From Tolypothrix carrinoi HA7290-LM1 (GTDB taxonomy: Bacteria > Cyanobacteriota > Cyanobacteriia > Cyanobacteriales > Nostocaceae), in contig JAHHIK010000066.1 of assembly GCA_019358935.1 (NCBI GenBank), positions 1 to 48,294 of the forward strand: 48,294 nucleotides of DNA. Reading direction: 5' to 3'. Both the position numbers and the translations under genes were made by a program. Positions 30,281 through 40,608 of this stretch are shown here, in pieces. Position 1 is the first letter of the stretch. Each line of letters starts with the position of its first letter. Under the pieces are notes generated by a model. The model did not search any database. It saw nothing but the letters and a program-made list of their open reading frames with translations, and was not told the DNA's origin.

Positions 30281-31587
30281 GATTGAAATTTTTGCGTTTC
30301 TGCTAAAACTGGGTTGACCGCAAACCAAACTCCCTGATGATCGCGGTATTCAAAGACAAACAAACTTCTTAACAAAGTGTGATATTCGATATCACCTCGA
30401 ACCCGCTGCTGTTGCACCACTTGAAAAATTAATTCCCACTCTTGCGGATCGATGGGGTTCGCACGGTAGTCCCGCTGTCTTTGAATCACAAGTTCCACAC
30501 AACCGCGATCGAAAGGTGGATCTTGTTCTCGCAAACAGTCATACAACAATCCTAACAAGTCGCGTACATGACCACCGCTGATTAGACACAACCGATCTAA
30601 AGTTTCGGCACTGTCAAACACCTCTGTTATTAAGTTTAACCTTTGTTCTGGGTAAATATCAGGGAAAGCTCTCGCTAACACCATTTGACGCATCAAAGTT
30701 AGTCCGGGAGTGTAAACTTCTCCACTCCGCGAACGCACGGGTATCATCGGTAACACTTTAGGCGCGACACCACCACCTAAACGTTGCTGTAGTTCAGCGC
30801 TATCGTTAGAGAAAGTTAAAGCTAAAGGAATAGTGTAAACTACATGACAGTTGAGTTTACGTAACTGTTCACCCCGCTGGATAAATAAATATTCTGGCAG
30901 CGATCGCCCAGATGGTAAAGGTCTAATTGCCACTCTGTCTAGGTTATCAACAATTACGACTAATCCTCTTTTACCTTTAGCTTTGAGTTCGTTGTTCGCA
31001 CGGTCTAGCAGTTCTTTATTAATTGACTGCAAAATATTTCCCGTGCGTGGTTCGAGATAGTCGCGTAAACGCCGGCGTAATTGCGGACTTTCTTTGGTTT
31101 TTGCGGTAATTTTCGCAATACCAACAGACAATTCAGCTTCATAGTCTAGGTCAATCGGTGTTTGCATGAAGTCTATAACTTCCGTAAACAACTTAGCAAA
31201 ATAGCTAGGTTTGATGCGGATTTTTAGCGTTTCTAGGCTTTCACTCACCTGACCGGCGATCGCTAGTAAAATATCAGTTACATCTACATCAGCCATTTCT
31301 AGGACATGAGTAGACTCAAAATAAACCACATGAAACTTTTGCTCTTCTAACTCAGCTTGAAGTCGCAACAACTCGGTTGACTTTCCACAGCCAAGATGAC
31401 CTGTAAATAACTGACAGGTTGGGACATCCGGTGATATCCGCGTAATGGTACGCTGTAAAGCTTCAATGATTTTACCACCCCGCACTGAGGCAAAATCAAT
31501 ATAATATCGGCGATCGGCAGGATTTCCCATCATTAGAGGTCTGCTCGGATTGCACGCTTGATAAAATCTTTCTAAATCTAAGAGCAT
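30247..31587 (-). CDS. P-loop ATP-binding protein (AAA/STAND-like), overlapping the WD40 gene
   Basis: TGHLGCGKST Walker A, VIVDNLDR Walker B, SGGHVRDL. Confidence 0.9.
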   Translation of the reverse strand: MLLDLERFYQACNPSRPLMMGNPADRRYYIDFASVRGGKIIEALQRTITRISPDVPTCQLFTGHLGCGKSTELLRLQAELEEQKFHVVYFESTHVLEMADVDVTDILLAIAGQVSESLETLKIRIKPSYFAKLFTEVIDFMQTPIDLDYEAELSVGIAKITAKTKESPQLRRRLRDYLEPRTGNILQSINKELLDRANNELKAKGKRGLVVIVDNLDRVAIRPLPSGRSLPEYLFIQRGEQLRKLNCHVVYTIPLALTFSNDSAELQQRLGGGVAPKVLPMIPVRSRSGEVYTPGLTLMRQMVLARAFPDIYPEQRLNLITEVFDSAETLDRLCLISGGHVRDLLGLLYDCLREQDPPFDRGCVELVIQRQRDYRANPIDPQEWELIFQVVQQQRVRGDIEYHTLLRSLFVFEYRDHQGVWFAVNPVLAETQKFQSWLNENRKQAS

Positions 31588-31706
31588 AACTACTAATCCA
31601 TTTCACTTAGGGAAAGACGGGGATTGCGAAAACGTCTGGATAACTAACTATATTTATATCTGCTGAGTAGTAATTCTTGCCTAGTCTGCGAATATCCCTA
31701 TCAAAA

Positions 31707-31733
31707 TACAAACTATATTGACATTCTTCCGGA
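31707..31733 (-). promoter_or_regulatory. Possible DIF1-type (heterocyst differentiation) promoter
   Basis: TCCGGA-N18-GTA on the minus strand, about 120 bp upstream of the ATPase start. Confidence 0.35.
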
Positions 31734-31919
31734 TGATTTTTCCGATAACTTTGTCAAATTGCAACACTTTCTTGGGAGACTTTTTAAGTAATAATACTGT
31801 GGTGATTTTCCGCTAAAATAATTTTATCAGAGAAAAAGCTTCTCCTAGAAATTCTAAAAATATCCACTCTTTGAAAAAGGTTATATTGATTACAATTTAC
31901 AAGTATTCCTTTCATCTTG

Positions 31920-31952
31920 AGATACCCGACTTCTTTAAGAAGTCGGGTATCT
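31920..31952. repeat. Palindromic repeat
   Basis: AGATACCCGACTTCTT-T-AAGAAGTCGGGTATCT. Confidence 0.75.
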
Positions 31953-32025
31953 TGTAGTAAATCATCAACGTAGGTGAAATTAATTTATAGAAACTTAAAT
32001 TGTAGTTGTAGTAATTGTAGTAATT

Positions 32026-32102
32026 GTAGGGTGCGTTATGCTTTTAGCTAACGCACCAACGACTGTGCAAGGTGCGTTGCGCTCTTGCACAACGCACCCT
32101 AC
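32026..32102. repeat. GTAG-headed REP doublet
   Basis: GTAGGGTGCGTT…AACGCACCCTAC with internal hairpins. Confidence 0.78.
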
Positions 32103-32182
32103 TACTGTATTTCCCACCAACAACTAACCACCAACTACTAACAACGCTCCAACCAACCACCAACCACTAACACCCATACTTA

Positions 32183-32416
32183 TCAATATTTACAGTCTCC
32201 TGCCCGAAGGCAATCTTCTGTTTGGTCATCTCTAGCTGATAGTTGAAACGGCATTATATGTATTAACTCTTTTAAGTTGCTAGTAATTAAATCAGTTTTC
32301 ACCCAAAACTTATTCGATAATATCGGCACGTCACGATTAGCAGCCAAGCTAGAACTTACATTACCTAAAAAAACAGGTAATGATACCATCAAACCAATAA
32401 AAATTACCCTACTCAT
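32183..32416 (-). CDS. Small hypothetical exported protein
   Basis: GAGG RBS; signal peptide ending SLA; C-terminal C-x5-C. Confidence 0.6.
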   Translation of the reverse strand: MSRVIFIGLMVSLPVFLGNVSSSLAANRDVPILSNKFWVKTDLITSNLKELIHIMPFQLSARDDQTEDCLRAGDCKY

Positions 32417-32729
32417 ACAAACCTCAGTTAAAAATTTCCGATTGCGTTACCGTAAATAGCACCTTGATAAACCGGAGTTTAAAAACTGAGCATTATTATG
32501 TTTATTTTTAATAAATTTAAACTAAATGCTTTTTTTGGGAGACTTGATATATAATTATCAGTTCCACCCTTTTAGGGGTAGGCAACGCCTAAAATATAAC
32601 TTCTTAGTCACATATTCATATTAAGCTTTAACCTAGCCGGACGAAAAGAGCGATCGCCCTAAAAAAAATATCGTAGTAACCGCCACCCCAGATAAAATAG
32701 TTAACAAATGATGCCTACTGTTCTAACTC

Positions 32730-33518
32730 ATGACTCCTTCACAAGACGTAGACACTTCAACTGACCCAGATATCGACCTCGAAGGATACGGCAACCCAGA
32801 TCCTCTCGATGAATTGCCTGGTGAGGTCGAAATGTCGATTTTCGACCACCTAGAGGAGTTGCGACAGCGGATTTTTTATGCTTTGATTGCTGTAGCAGTA
32901 AGTGTTTTCGGCTGCTTTCTTGTTGTCAAGCCGATTGTCCAGCTGTTGGAAGTACCAGCAAGAGGAGTAAAATTTCTCCAACTCGCTCCCGGAGAATATT
33001 TCTTTGTCTCCCTAAAAGTTGCCGGTTATAGTGGTTTGGTGCTTGCCAGTCCTTTTGTACTTTACCAAATTATCCAGTTCGTACTTCCAGGATTGACCAG
33101 ACGCGAACGACGCTTGCTTATACCCGTGATGTTGGGTTCGAGTGTCTTATTTATCGGTGGGTTAGTGTTTGCTTATATACTGCTGATTCCTGCCGCTTTG
33201 AACTTCTTCATCAGCTACGGTGCAGATGTAGTCGAGCAATTATGGTCGATTGACAAATATTTTGAATTTGTGCTGTTGTTATTATTTAGCACCGGGTTAG
33301 CATTTCAAATTCCGGTGATTCAACTGTTGCTAGGTGCTTTAGGAATTCTTTCTTCTCAAAAAATGCTTTCTGGTTGGCGTTATGTAATTATCGGATCGGT
33401 GGTTTTGGGAGCTATTCTCACACCTTCTACAGATCCCTTTACCCAAAGTCTTTTAGCCGGTGCTGTCTTGGGACTTTATTTCGGTGGTATCGGTCTGGTT
33501 AAGCTTGTTGGGAAATGA
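32730..33518 (+). CDS. tatC: Twin-arginine translocase subunit TatC
   Basis: [30 protein letters not shown]. Confidence 0.97.
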   Translation: MTPSQDVDTSTDPDIDLEGYGNPDPLDELPGEVEMSIFDHLEELRQRIFYALIAVAVSVFGCFLVVKPIVQLLEVPARGVKFLQLAPGEYFFVSLKVAGYSGLVLASPFVLYQIIQFVLPGLTRRERRLLIPVMLGSSVLFIGGLVFAYILLIPAALNFFISYGADVVEQLWSIDKYFEFVLLLLFSTGLAFQIPVIQLLLGALGILSSQKMLSGWRYVIIGSVVLGAILTPSTDPFTQSLLAGAVLGLYFGGIGLVKLVGK

Positions 33519-33712
33519 TTGGGAATGGGGAATGGGGAATGGGGCATGGGGAATGGGGAATGGGGAATGGGGGGACAAGGGGGACAAGGGGGACAAGGGG
33601 GACAAGGAGGAATTACCAATTCCCAATTCCCAATTCGCAATGCCCATTGCCCAATGCCCATTGCCCATTGCCCAATTCCCAATTCCCAATTCCCAATTCC
33701 CAATTCCCAACA
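33518..33712. repeat. STRR array (GGGAATG, GGGGACAAG, CCCAATT)
   Basis: Directly visible between convergent genes. Confidence 0.85.
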
Positions 33713-33742
33713 AATTGCTGATTTTATTATTTGAATGATAAA

Positions 33743-34054
33743 CTAATCAATCAACCATTCGGAAGCACGTTCGCCCAAATCTAAAGGAATGCTAACTGCT
33801 TTACCAAGTCGCGGACGTTCGCGAGTTTGAGTAATAAATGTTTGCACTTGAATTGTACCACCAAAGGCATCAAGGTAAGTAGCGATAGTATTGAGATGCT
33901 CTTGGTAGTCTGCTTCACTTAAAGGAAAAGATACTTGCTCAAGATATTTCCACATTATTTGTACAAATATCTTACCTTGTGTCCGTCGCAACTGAACATC
34001 GTATGAGCGTCCCCACTTATCAAGCAACAGTTGATGTAATTCCTGTCCGGTCAT
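33743..34054 (-). CDS. DUF3067 family protein
   Basis: [10 protein letters not shown]…MWKYLEQ…[12 protein letters not shown]; position next to petC is typical. Confidence 0.88.
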   Translation of the reverse strand: MTGQELHQLLLDKWGRSYDVQLRRTQGKIFVQIMWKYLEQVSFPLSEADYQEHLNTIATYLDAFGGTIQVQTFITQTRERPRLGKAVSIPLDLGERASEWLID

Positions 34055-34286
34055 AGCTTTTTTCAATTAGATTTTACATTTAGTTATGATGTTAAGTTCC
34101 GTAACTCCAGTATGATAAGACTATAAAGAAATGTAATGTCCACCAAAAGATGCTAAAAATATCTTTGAAGAGAAAAGTATGGCATCGTCGGCGGTACAAT
34201 TCATTTCGATGTAGACAAGAGCCATTAACATTATGGGAACTCTTGTCAATATTCTTAACAAAATAGAGAATCATAGCGCGGGGATT

Positions 34287-34826
34287 ATGGCTCAATTTTC
34301 AGAATCAGCAGACGTGCCCGATATGGGGCGCCGTCAATTCATGAATCTGCTCACTTTCGGGACTGTTACCGGAGTAGCTCTGGGAGCATTGTATCCCGTA
34401 GTCAAGTTTTTTATTCCCACTTCTGCTAGCGGTGCAGGTGGTGGGACAACAGCAAAAGACGAGTTAGGTAACAACGTCAGCGTAGCTAAATTTTTAGAAA
34501 GCCATAATGTCGGCGATCGCACTTTAGTTCAAGGACTCAAAGGAGATCCGACCTATATTGTGGTAGAAAGCAAAGAGGCGATCGCTGATTACGGCATTAA
34601 CGCCATCTGCACTCACTTAGGTTGTGTTGTTCCCTGGAACGTTGCTGAGAACAAATTTAAGTGTCCTTGTCACGGTTCCCAGTACGATCCTACTGGTAAG
34701 GTTGTCCGAGGTCCAGCACCGAAGTCTTTGCCTTTAGCTCATACCAAAGTAGATGACGACAAAATCGTCTTGACTCCCTGGACTGAAACCGACTTCCGCA
34801 CAGGTGAAGAAGCTTGGTGGGCTTAA
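34287..34826 (+). CDS. petC: Cytochrome b6-f Rieske iron-sulfur subunit
   Basis: [23 protein letters not shown]. Confidence 0.98.
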   Translation: MAQFSESADVPDMGRRQFMNLLTFGTVTGVALGALYPVVKFFIPTSASGAGGGTTAKDELGNNVSVAKFLESHNVGDRTLVQGLKGDPTYIVVESKEAIADYGINAICTHLGCVVPWNVAENKFKCPCHGSQYDPTGKVVRGPAPKSLPLAHTKVDDDKIVLTPWTETDFRTGEEAWWA

Positions 34827-34925
34827 AGAGTTAGGAGTTAAGAGTTAGTAGTTAGAAATACATAACTCATAACTTATTACTCAATTTATTTGACCTTCAT
34901 TTCTAGAATTGTTGTCCTTATTGAG

Positions 34926-35927
34926 ATGAGAAATGCCTTTACACCGGCGAGGTTGACTCGCAGCGCTAAAGCGATGGTAAAAACATTGCTGATAGCGATC
35001 GCTACTGTGACATTGTTCTTCACCAGCGATTTAGTCCTTCCCCAATCAGCTGCTGCTTACCCATTTTGGGCACAGGAAACCTATCCCGAAACCCCCCGCG
35101 AACCAACAGGACGCATTGTTTGCGCTAACTGTCACCTAGCGGCAAAACTGACGGAAGTAGAAATTCCCCAATCGATATTACCCGATACCGTATTTAAAGC
35201 GGTAGTAAAAATTCCTTACGACACCAGCGTAGAGCAAGTAGGGGCTGATGGTTCCAAAACTGGCTTAAATGTTGGTGCTGTACTGATGTTACCCGATGGC
35301 TTCAAGATTGCTCCTGAGGATCGCGTCCCTGAGGACATGAAAGAAGAAATTGAAGATTTATTCTACCAACCCTACTCAGAAGACAAAGAAAACATTGTCA
35401 TCATCGGACCGCTACCCGGTGAACAGTATCAAGAAATCGTTTTCCCAGTTCTTTCTCCCAACCCCGCAACCGACAAAAATATCCACTTTGGTAAATATCA
35501 AGTTCACGCAGGTGGAAATCGTGGACGCGGACAAGTTTACCCCACTGGTGAAAAGAGCAACAACACCGTTTACAACGCTTCCGCTACCGGCACAATTACC
35601 AAAATTGCCAAAGAGGAAGATGAAGATGGTAACGTCAAATACGCGATAAACATCCAATCCGAGACAGGTAAAACAGTTACAGATAAGGTTCCCGTCGGAC
35701 CCGAACTGCTTGTTTCTGAAGGACAAGCGGTGACTTCTGGTGACGCTTTGACCAGTAACCCCAACGTCGGTGGATTTGGTCAAGATGATGCCGAAATTGT
35801 TCTGCAAGATGCTGGCAGAATTAAAGGCTTAATCGCATTCATCGCTTTGGTGATGTTAGCTCAAGTTTTGTTAGTGCTGAAGAAAAAGCAGGTAGAGAAA
35901 GTTCAAGCTGCTGAGATGAATTTCTAA
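34926..35927 (+). CDS. petA: Apocytochrome f
   Basis: [22 protein letters not shown] terminus. Confidence 0.98.
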   Translation: MRNAFTPARLTRSAKAMVKTLLIAIATVTLFFTSDLVLPQSAAAYPFWAQETYPETPREPTGRIVCANCHLAAKLTEVEIPQSILPDTVFKAVVKIPYDTSVEQVGADGSKTGLNVGAVLMLPDGFKIAPEDRVPEDMKEEIEDLFYQPYSEDKENIVIIGPLPGEQYQEIVFPVLSPNPATDKNIHFGKYQVHAGGNRGRGQVYPTGEKSNNTVYNASATGTITKIAKEEDEDGNVKYAINIQSETGKTVTDKVPVGPELLVSEGQAVTSGDALTSNPNVGGFGQDDAEIVLQDAGRIKGLIAFIALVMLAQVLLVLKKKQVEKVQAAEMNF

Positions 35928-35952
35928 ATTCTCTACTAATTCATTACTTTTT

Positions 35953-35981
35953 AGGACAGGTAAAATGCCTGTCTTTTTTTT
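35953..35981 (+). terminator. petCA terminator
   Basis: GGACAGG-loop-CCTGTCT followed by a T tract. Confidence 0.8.
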
Positions 35982-36027
35982 GTTATATTTTTTACAAGCA
36001 GATAAACATAAATAAAAGCTCTTAAAT

Positions 36028-36138
36028 GTAGTAAGGGCTTCAGCCCTTAAAACCGAAGCTTTGAGCGGTGAGCCAGCGCGGTCATGTTCGTTACCCCCAT
36101 GAGCGACTGGCTCTCCCGTTGGGTAAACCGCTCACTAC
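36028..36138. repeat. GTAG-type REP doublet carrying a 55-bp insertion (36070-36124)
   Basis: GTAGTAAGGGCTTCAGCCCTTA…GAGCGGT[55 bp]AAACCGCTCACTAC. Confidence 0.8.
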
Positions 36139-36203
36139 AAAAGTTAATAATGGGGATTTTCCTGAAAGTATAGATGAATTGAAAGCAGAATGTGAGGAAG
36201 AAG

Positions 36204-37385
36204 TTAAGAATGGGTAAATAGTGATAATTGTTCAACCATTTCTTTACCCTGTGGTTTCTTTCCCTGAATCAAATTGTAAATATAATCACCGATCGCTTTT
36301 GCAAGTAAAACTGGTACTGCATTACCAATTTGTTTATATTTAGAACTTACTGAACCAGAGAAAACCCAATCGTCAGGAAAAGTTTGAATAACAGCAGATT
36401 CGCGTATAGTCAAGGGACGCAATTCTTCTGGATGACACATATCTGTAGCTTTTTGATGTGGACTTGTCGTTATAGTAGGAGAAGGTTTATCCCAAGACAA
36501 ACGTCTGTAAAAACCAACTTTACCTCCTCCTGAATTATATGCTCCTCCCATAGCTTCACGCTTTAATTCTTCAGGTAAGTATCTCCAATTTTGTCCTGAT
36601 TTTAAAAGTCTAAGATACTTCAGACGGTTTTCAGAGTAAGGAATAAACTGTGGTTGCAAATCAACTAACTCGAATATGGCATCTCTAAGAGTACGCCATT
36701 TAGGTAAATTAATGCCATCTTCGCTATGAGTAGCTACAGGAAATGTGAAAGCTTCATTATCTCTAGAACCAATAAATATGACGCGCTGTCTATTTTGTGG
36801 AACACCATAATCTGCTGCTTCTAAAAGGTTGTAAACCACGTTGTATCCAAGCGCTTTCATTTGGTCCAACACAATCGAAAGAGCAGCACCACGCATTTCA
36901 TCTAATTCGTCGTAGAGTCCTTGACGCTGGTTTATCGGTCTATGTCGAATAGGAGCAGATAGCAACCCTCTCACGTTTTCCATAACAAAAAAACGTGGCT
37001 GAATTTCTCTAACTATGCGGATAAAGTCCATAAACAAACTGCCGCGAGGGTCCATTACTGAACCACGTAATCCTGCCGTACTAAAAGGTTGACAAGGTGG
37101 ACCACCAATTATTAAATCTACTTCCCCTTTGTTTAAAGTCCTGCCAATATCTAAAATATGCCCTCCCTCGCATAGTAACTCTTGAGCGTCTACTTTCGTA
37201 ATATCCCTTGGGACAGCAATTTCTTTGAGATGTGGTCGATTAAGAGCTATTGTTTTTGTGGCATCAGAATCATTTTCTACCACACTTACAGTATGAAATC
37301 CTGCTTGTTCCATACCAAGGTCTAAACCGAAAGCTCCTGTAAAAAGTGAAATAGAAATTAATTTTTCTTCTATCATTTTTCTCAC
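36204..37385 (-). CDS. DNA (cytosine-5)-methyltransferase, solitary
   Basis: LFTGAFG (I), GGPPCQPFS (IV), ENVRG (VI), QNRQR (VIII), IGNAVP (X). Confidence 0.95.
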   Translation of the reverse strand: MRKMIEEKLISISLFTGAFGLDLGMEQAGFHTVSVVENDSDATKTIALNRPHLKEIAVPRDITKVDAQELLCEGGHILDIGRTLNKGEVDLIIGGPPCQPFSTAGLRGSVMDPRGSLFMDFIRIVREIQPRFFVMENVRGLLSAPIRHRPINQRQGLYDELDEMRGAALSIVLDQMKALGYNVVYNLLEAADYGVPQNRQRVIFIGSRDNEAFTFPVATHSEDGINLPKWRTLRDAIFELVDLQPQFIPYSENRLKYLRLLKSGQNWRYLPEELKREAMGGAYNSGGGKVGFYRRLSWDKPSPTITTSPHQKATDMCHPEELRPLTIRESAVIQTFPDDWVFSGSVSSKYKQIGNAVPVLLAKAIGDYIYNLIQGKKPQGKEMVEQLSLFTHS

Positions 37386-37410
37386 TCATAAGCGCATTAT
37401 ATTAGATAGC

Positions 37411-37442
37411 GTAGGGTGCGTTATAACGAAGTTTAACGCACC
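37411..37442. repeat. Single GTAG-headed REP hairpin
   Basis: GTAGGGTGCGTTA…TAACGCACC. Confidence 0.65.
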
Positions 37443-37539
37443 ATTAATGGTACTAGACTTTTTGAATAAACCGCAGAGGCACAGAGGTCGCAGAGAAAGA
37501 AATAGGAGAGATTTTGATAAATGATTTAGGAATGCTATA

Positions 37540-39951
37540 TTACTCTATCAAGGTAATTGGTTTTTTCCCTTCAACTTCATAGTTGACGCGACCAATTATG
37601 CAGCTATTTTTATATCCCAAATCTTTCAATGCAATTAAACATTCTTCAGCTTGCGTTTCTGGAATCGAAGCTAAAAGACCGCCGGCAGTTTGCGGGTCAA
37701 ATAATATGGGATAATTAAAATGGCTCTCTGTCTGTGCCAAATTGGAAATGTAAGCTGATGCTTGCAAATTTTCTGGATGCAGTGAGCTAAAAATACCTTG
37801 TTGTAATGTCTCTTTTGCACCTTCTAAAATCGGTATAGCTTCAAGTTGTAATTCAACTGCAACACCAGAAGCTTGCACCATTTCCAGCAAGTGTCCCAGC
37901 AAGCCAAAGCCTGTAACATCAGTGCAAGCTGTCGCGTAGTGTGACAATAAATATGCAGCAGCAACTTGTGACAACAGCATCGACTCGACAGCAGCATCAA
38001 TCCAGCGATTTTTAGCTTGGTGACGCATCTGAGCGGCAAATAATGTCCCGGTTCCTAGGGCTTTTGTCAAAATTAGCACTTCATTTGGTTGCATTCCGCT
38101 TTTGCGTAAGAGTTTATCTGGATAAACTAATCCGTTGCAAGTTAAGCCAAATGCTAATTCTGTGCCTTGAGTTGTGTGTCCACCGATGAGGGGTGCTTGT
38201 GCTTGATTTAGCACTTTTACAGCACCAGATAATAATTGATAAAGAATTTCGGCGATTTTAGGTGGTGCAGCATGAGGAATGGTAGCGATCGCTAATGCAC
38301 TTTGAGGAACAGCACCCATAGCCAAAATATCATTTAAGCAATGATTGGCGCTAATTTGTCCAAATATATACGGGTCGTTAATCAAACTCGGAAAATAATC
38401 AATCGTCTGCACCATCAACTGATTATTTTCTATGTTTATTACCGCTGCGTCATCTGGTGCATCCAATCCAATAATGATATCTTTTCTATCTTTGCCAATG
38501 AGTTGTTCTTGCTTGATGCGATCTAAAACTGCTTTTAATACTGTACTGCCAACTTTAGAACCACAGCCGGCGCAGTAAAGTGGGGAGGTGGGGGGAGTGG
38601 GGGAGGGGAGGAGTGGGGGATGGGGAGATGGGGAGAGGAAGAGATGGGGAGAGGGGGGGGATGAAGGAGAAGAAAATTCATCTTGTCCTCCTTGTCCCCC
38701 TTGTGCCCCCTGTCCCCCCTGTCCCCCTGTCCCCCAGTCCCCAGTCCCTAGTCCCTTGCTGAAGCGTTGCATAAATCGGCGATCGATCAAGTCTTTGAGA
38801 TGCCACAATAATTTATGCGGTGGCAAAGTGAAAAATCCTCGTGTGGCGATCGCACGTTTATCCCCGGTACCAATTAAACTTAAATATTGTTTCTGTGGTT
38901 TGTAAGGTAGTGGTGATTTTCCTGATAAAATTCGCTGCAAGTTCTCAAATAAAGGTTTACCTTGCCTAACTGCAAATACACCAGCTTTTGGACGCGGATG
39001 ATTTACCATTGTGGCAATATCACCAGCTGCAAATACGTGTGGATGTGTTAGCGATCGCAATGTATCATCAACTAAAATAAAGCCTTGGTCATCAGTTGCT
39101 AATTGTGTTGTTTTTAACCATTGCGGTGCTGATGCTTGAGTTACCCAAAACAAGCGATCGCATTTCACTTTCAACCCAGATTCACATATAATATTTAATT
39201 CACCTCTTTCTGCTGGCTCATCAGATATAGAACTAAAGTTATTCGGTACGACTTTACACACATTTTCCCTCAAATGCAGTCGCATCCCGCGTTTAGTCAA
39301 AAGTTGCCTAACTAGACGCCGCACCGATGGATGATAATGAGGCATTAGTTCCGCGTCACGTTGGAATAAATGAATTTCCAGATTAGGAAAATTCTTTTCC
39401 CGCTTTTTAATATCCAGTAAATTCGCTTGCATTGACAAAGCTAATTCGACACCGCCGGCACCACCACCTACTACTCCAATCCTGATTAATTCTTTTGGAT
39501 TTTCAGCGACATCCTCAATTAACTGATACCAATGTTTCAGTAGTTGCGCTACAGGTTTAGCCGGAATTGCATATTCTGCACCTGATACTGATAGCGTAGC
39601 GGGAGTGCTGCCAATATCAATTGACAGCACATCGAAAGCTACAGATGGACGGTTAGCACAAAAAACTTTATTATTTTTTAAGTCAAGACCAACTACTTTA
39701 TCGATGTATAATTGTGCTTGAGCAAATTGAGCTAAACGTCGCAAATCGATGTGACATTCATCACGGTTGTAAAATCCGGCAATGTGTCCGGGTAGCATTC
39801 CAGAGTAGGGTGTATCTGAAGCTTCGGTAATCAAGGTTAACCGTACTCCTGGTAACGGTTTCATCCCAAACATCAAAAGTGCGATCGCATGGCTATGACC
39901 GCCACCAATCAACACTAAGTCTTTTACAATTGGTTGTGTATTTTGTTGCAT
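37540..39951 (-). CDS. selD: Selenide, water dikinase fused to an N-terminal FAD-dependent pyridine nucleotide-disulfide oxidoreductase
   Basis: IGGGHSH, YSGMLPG, GGGAGG, FAAGD; CAGCGSKV, DDAAV, GGHT, TDVTGFGL, DPQTAGGLL. Confidence 0.93.
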   Translation of the reverse strand: MQQNTQPIVKDLVLIGGGHSHAIALLMFGMKPLPGVRLTLITEASDTPYSGMLPGHIAGFYNRDECHIDLRRLAQFAQAQLYIDKVVGLDLKNNKVFCANRPSVAFDVLSIDIGSTPATLSVSGAEYAIPAKPVAQLLKHWYQLIEDVAENPKELIRIGVVGGGAGGVELALSMQANLLDIKKREKNFPNLEIHLFQRDAELMPHYHPSVRRLVRQLLTKRGMRLHLRENVCKVVPNNFSSISDEPAERGELNIICESGLKVKCDRLFWVTQASAPQWLKTTQLATDDQGFILVDDTLRSLTHPHVFAAGDIATMVNHPRPKAGVFAVRQGKPLFENLQRILSGKSPLPYKPQKQYLSLIGTGDKRAIATRGFFTLPPHKLLWHLKDLIDRRFMQRFSKGLGTGDWGTGGQGGQGAQGGQGGQDEFSSPSSPPSPHLFLSPSPHPPLLPSPTPPTSPLYCAGCGSKVGSTVLKAVLDRIKQEQLIGKDRKDIIIGLDAPDDAAVINIENNQLMVQTIDYFPSLINDPYIFGQISANHCLNDILAMGAVPQSALAIATIPHAAPPKIAEILYQLLSGAVKVLNQAQAPLIGGHTTQGTELAFGLTCNGLVYPDKLLRKSGMQPNEVLILTKALGTGTLFAAQMRHQAKNRWIDAAVESMLLSQVAAAYLLSHYATACTDVTGFGLLGHLLEMVQASGVAVELQLEAIPILEGAKETLQQGIFSSLHPENLQASAYISNLAQTESHFNYPILFDPQTAGGLLASIPETQAEECLIALKDLGYKNSCIIGRVNYEVEGKKPITLIE
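38581..38755 (-). repeat. STRR-type repeats translated as the interdomain linker of the SelD fusion
   Basis: GGGACTG/GGGGACAAG and CCCCACT repeats encoding a G/Q-rich then P/S-rich tract. Confidence 0.85.
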
Positions 39952-40239
39952 CTGGTAAATTATTTTAGGGAATTAAAAATTACATATAAATTTTCTCAAA
40001 ATCTCTTTTCCGAGCTTTTAGCTTCTATTTTGGAGACTATAATTATTATTTATTTATATAAATTAAAAAAATATTAACTTTTGCGGAAAAAATAGTATAT
40101 ATAAATAAATTATTAAAAACTGCCTCCCATGAGTCCCCTCCTCGGTAAGAACAGCTTCTAAAGGAATTCCTCCTTTAGAAGCTTGTCAACCAAAACACAA
40201 TCGCACAAAATCAACATAAGTTGCTCAAATTATATGGGG

Positions 40240-40500
40240 GGGTAAACTTTAATGGCGCGGTTCCTTAGCAAGGGCGAATATCAAAAATGCTAACTTAAGT
40301 GGTATAATTCGGAGTGCAGCTAACCTGAGTGAAACAAATCTCAGTGGTGCTAACGAGTGCAGGGGCAATTCTCAATGAGTGCCAACCTCAGCAGGGCAAA
40401 TTTGCATCAAGCCAATTTACGTCAAGCTAATTTACATTACACAAATCTCAGTGGTGCGAAACTGGATCGGGCAAACTTCACGCGGATGCTAACCTGTATT
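40240..40500 (+). pseudogene. Degraded pentapeptide-repeat gene fragment
   Basis: ANLSG/ANLSE/ANLSRANLHQANLRQANL repeats spread across frames. Confidence 0.6.
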
Positions 40501-40608
40501 AAACAGACATCCTGTGAAGTTAAATATCTAGATTTTCAGCACATGAAATCGGGTGATATGAATTGGGAAAAAGGTAATTGGTAATTGATTTTCCCCATTA
40601 CCCGTTTT

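Noticed and set aside
34233..34286. N-terminal extensions of petC, petA, dctP and the WD40 gene in the ORF track
   Set aside because: Family-typical N-termini begin at downstream ATGs (34287, 34926, 47186, 30280).
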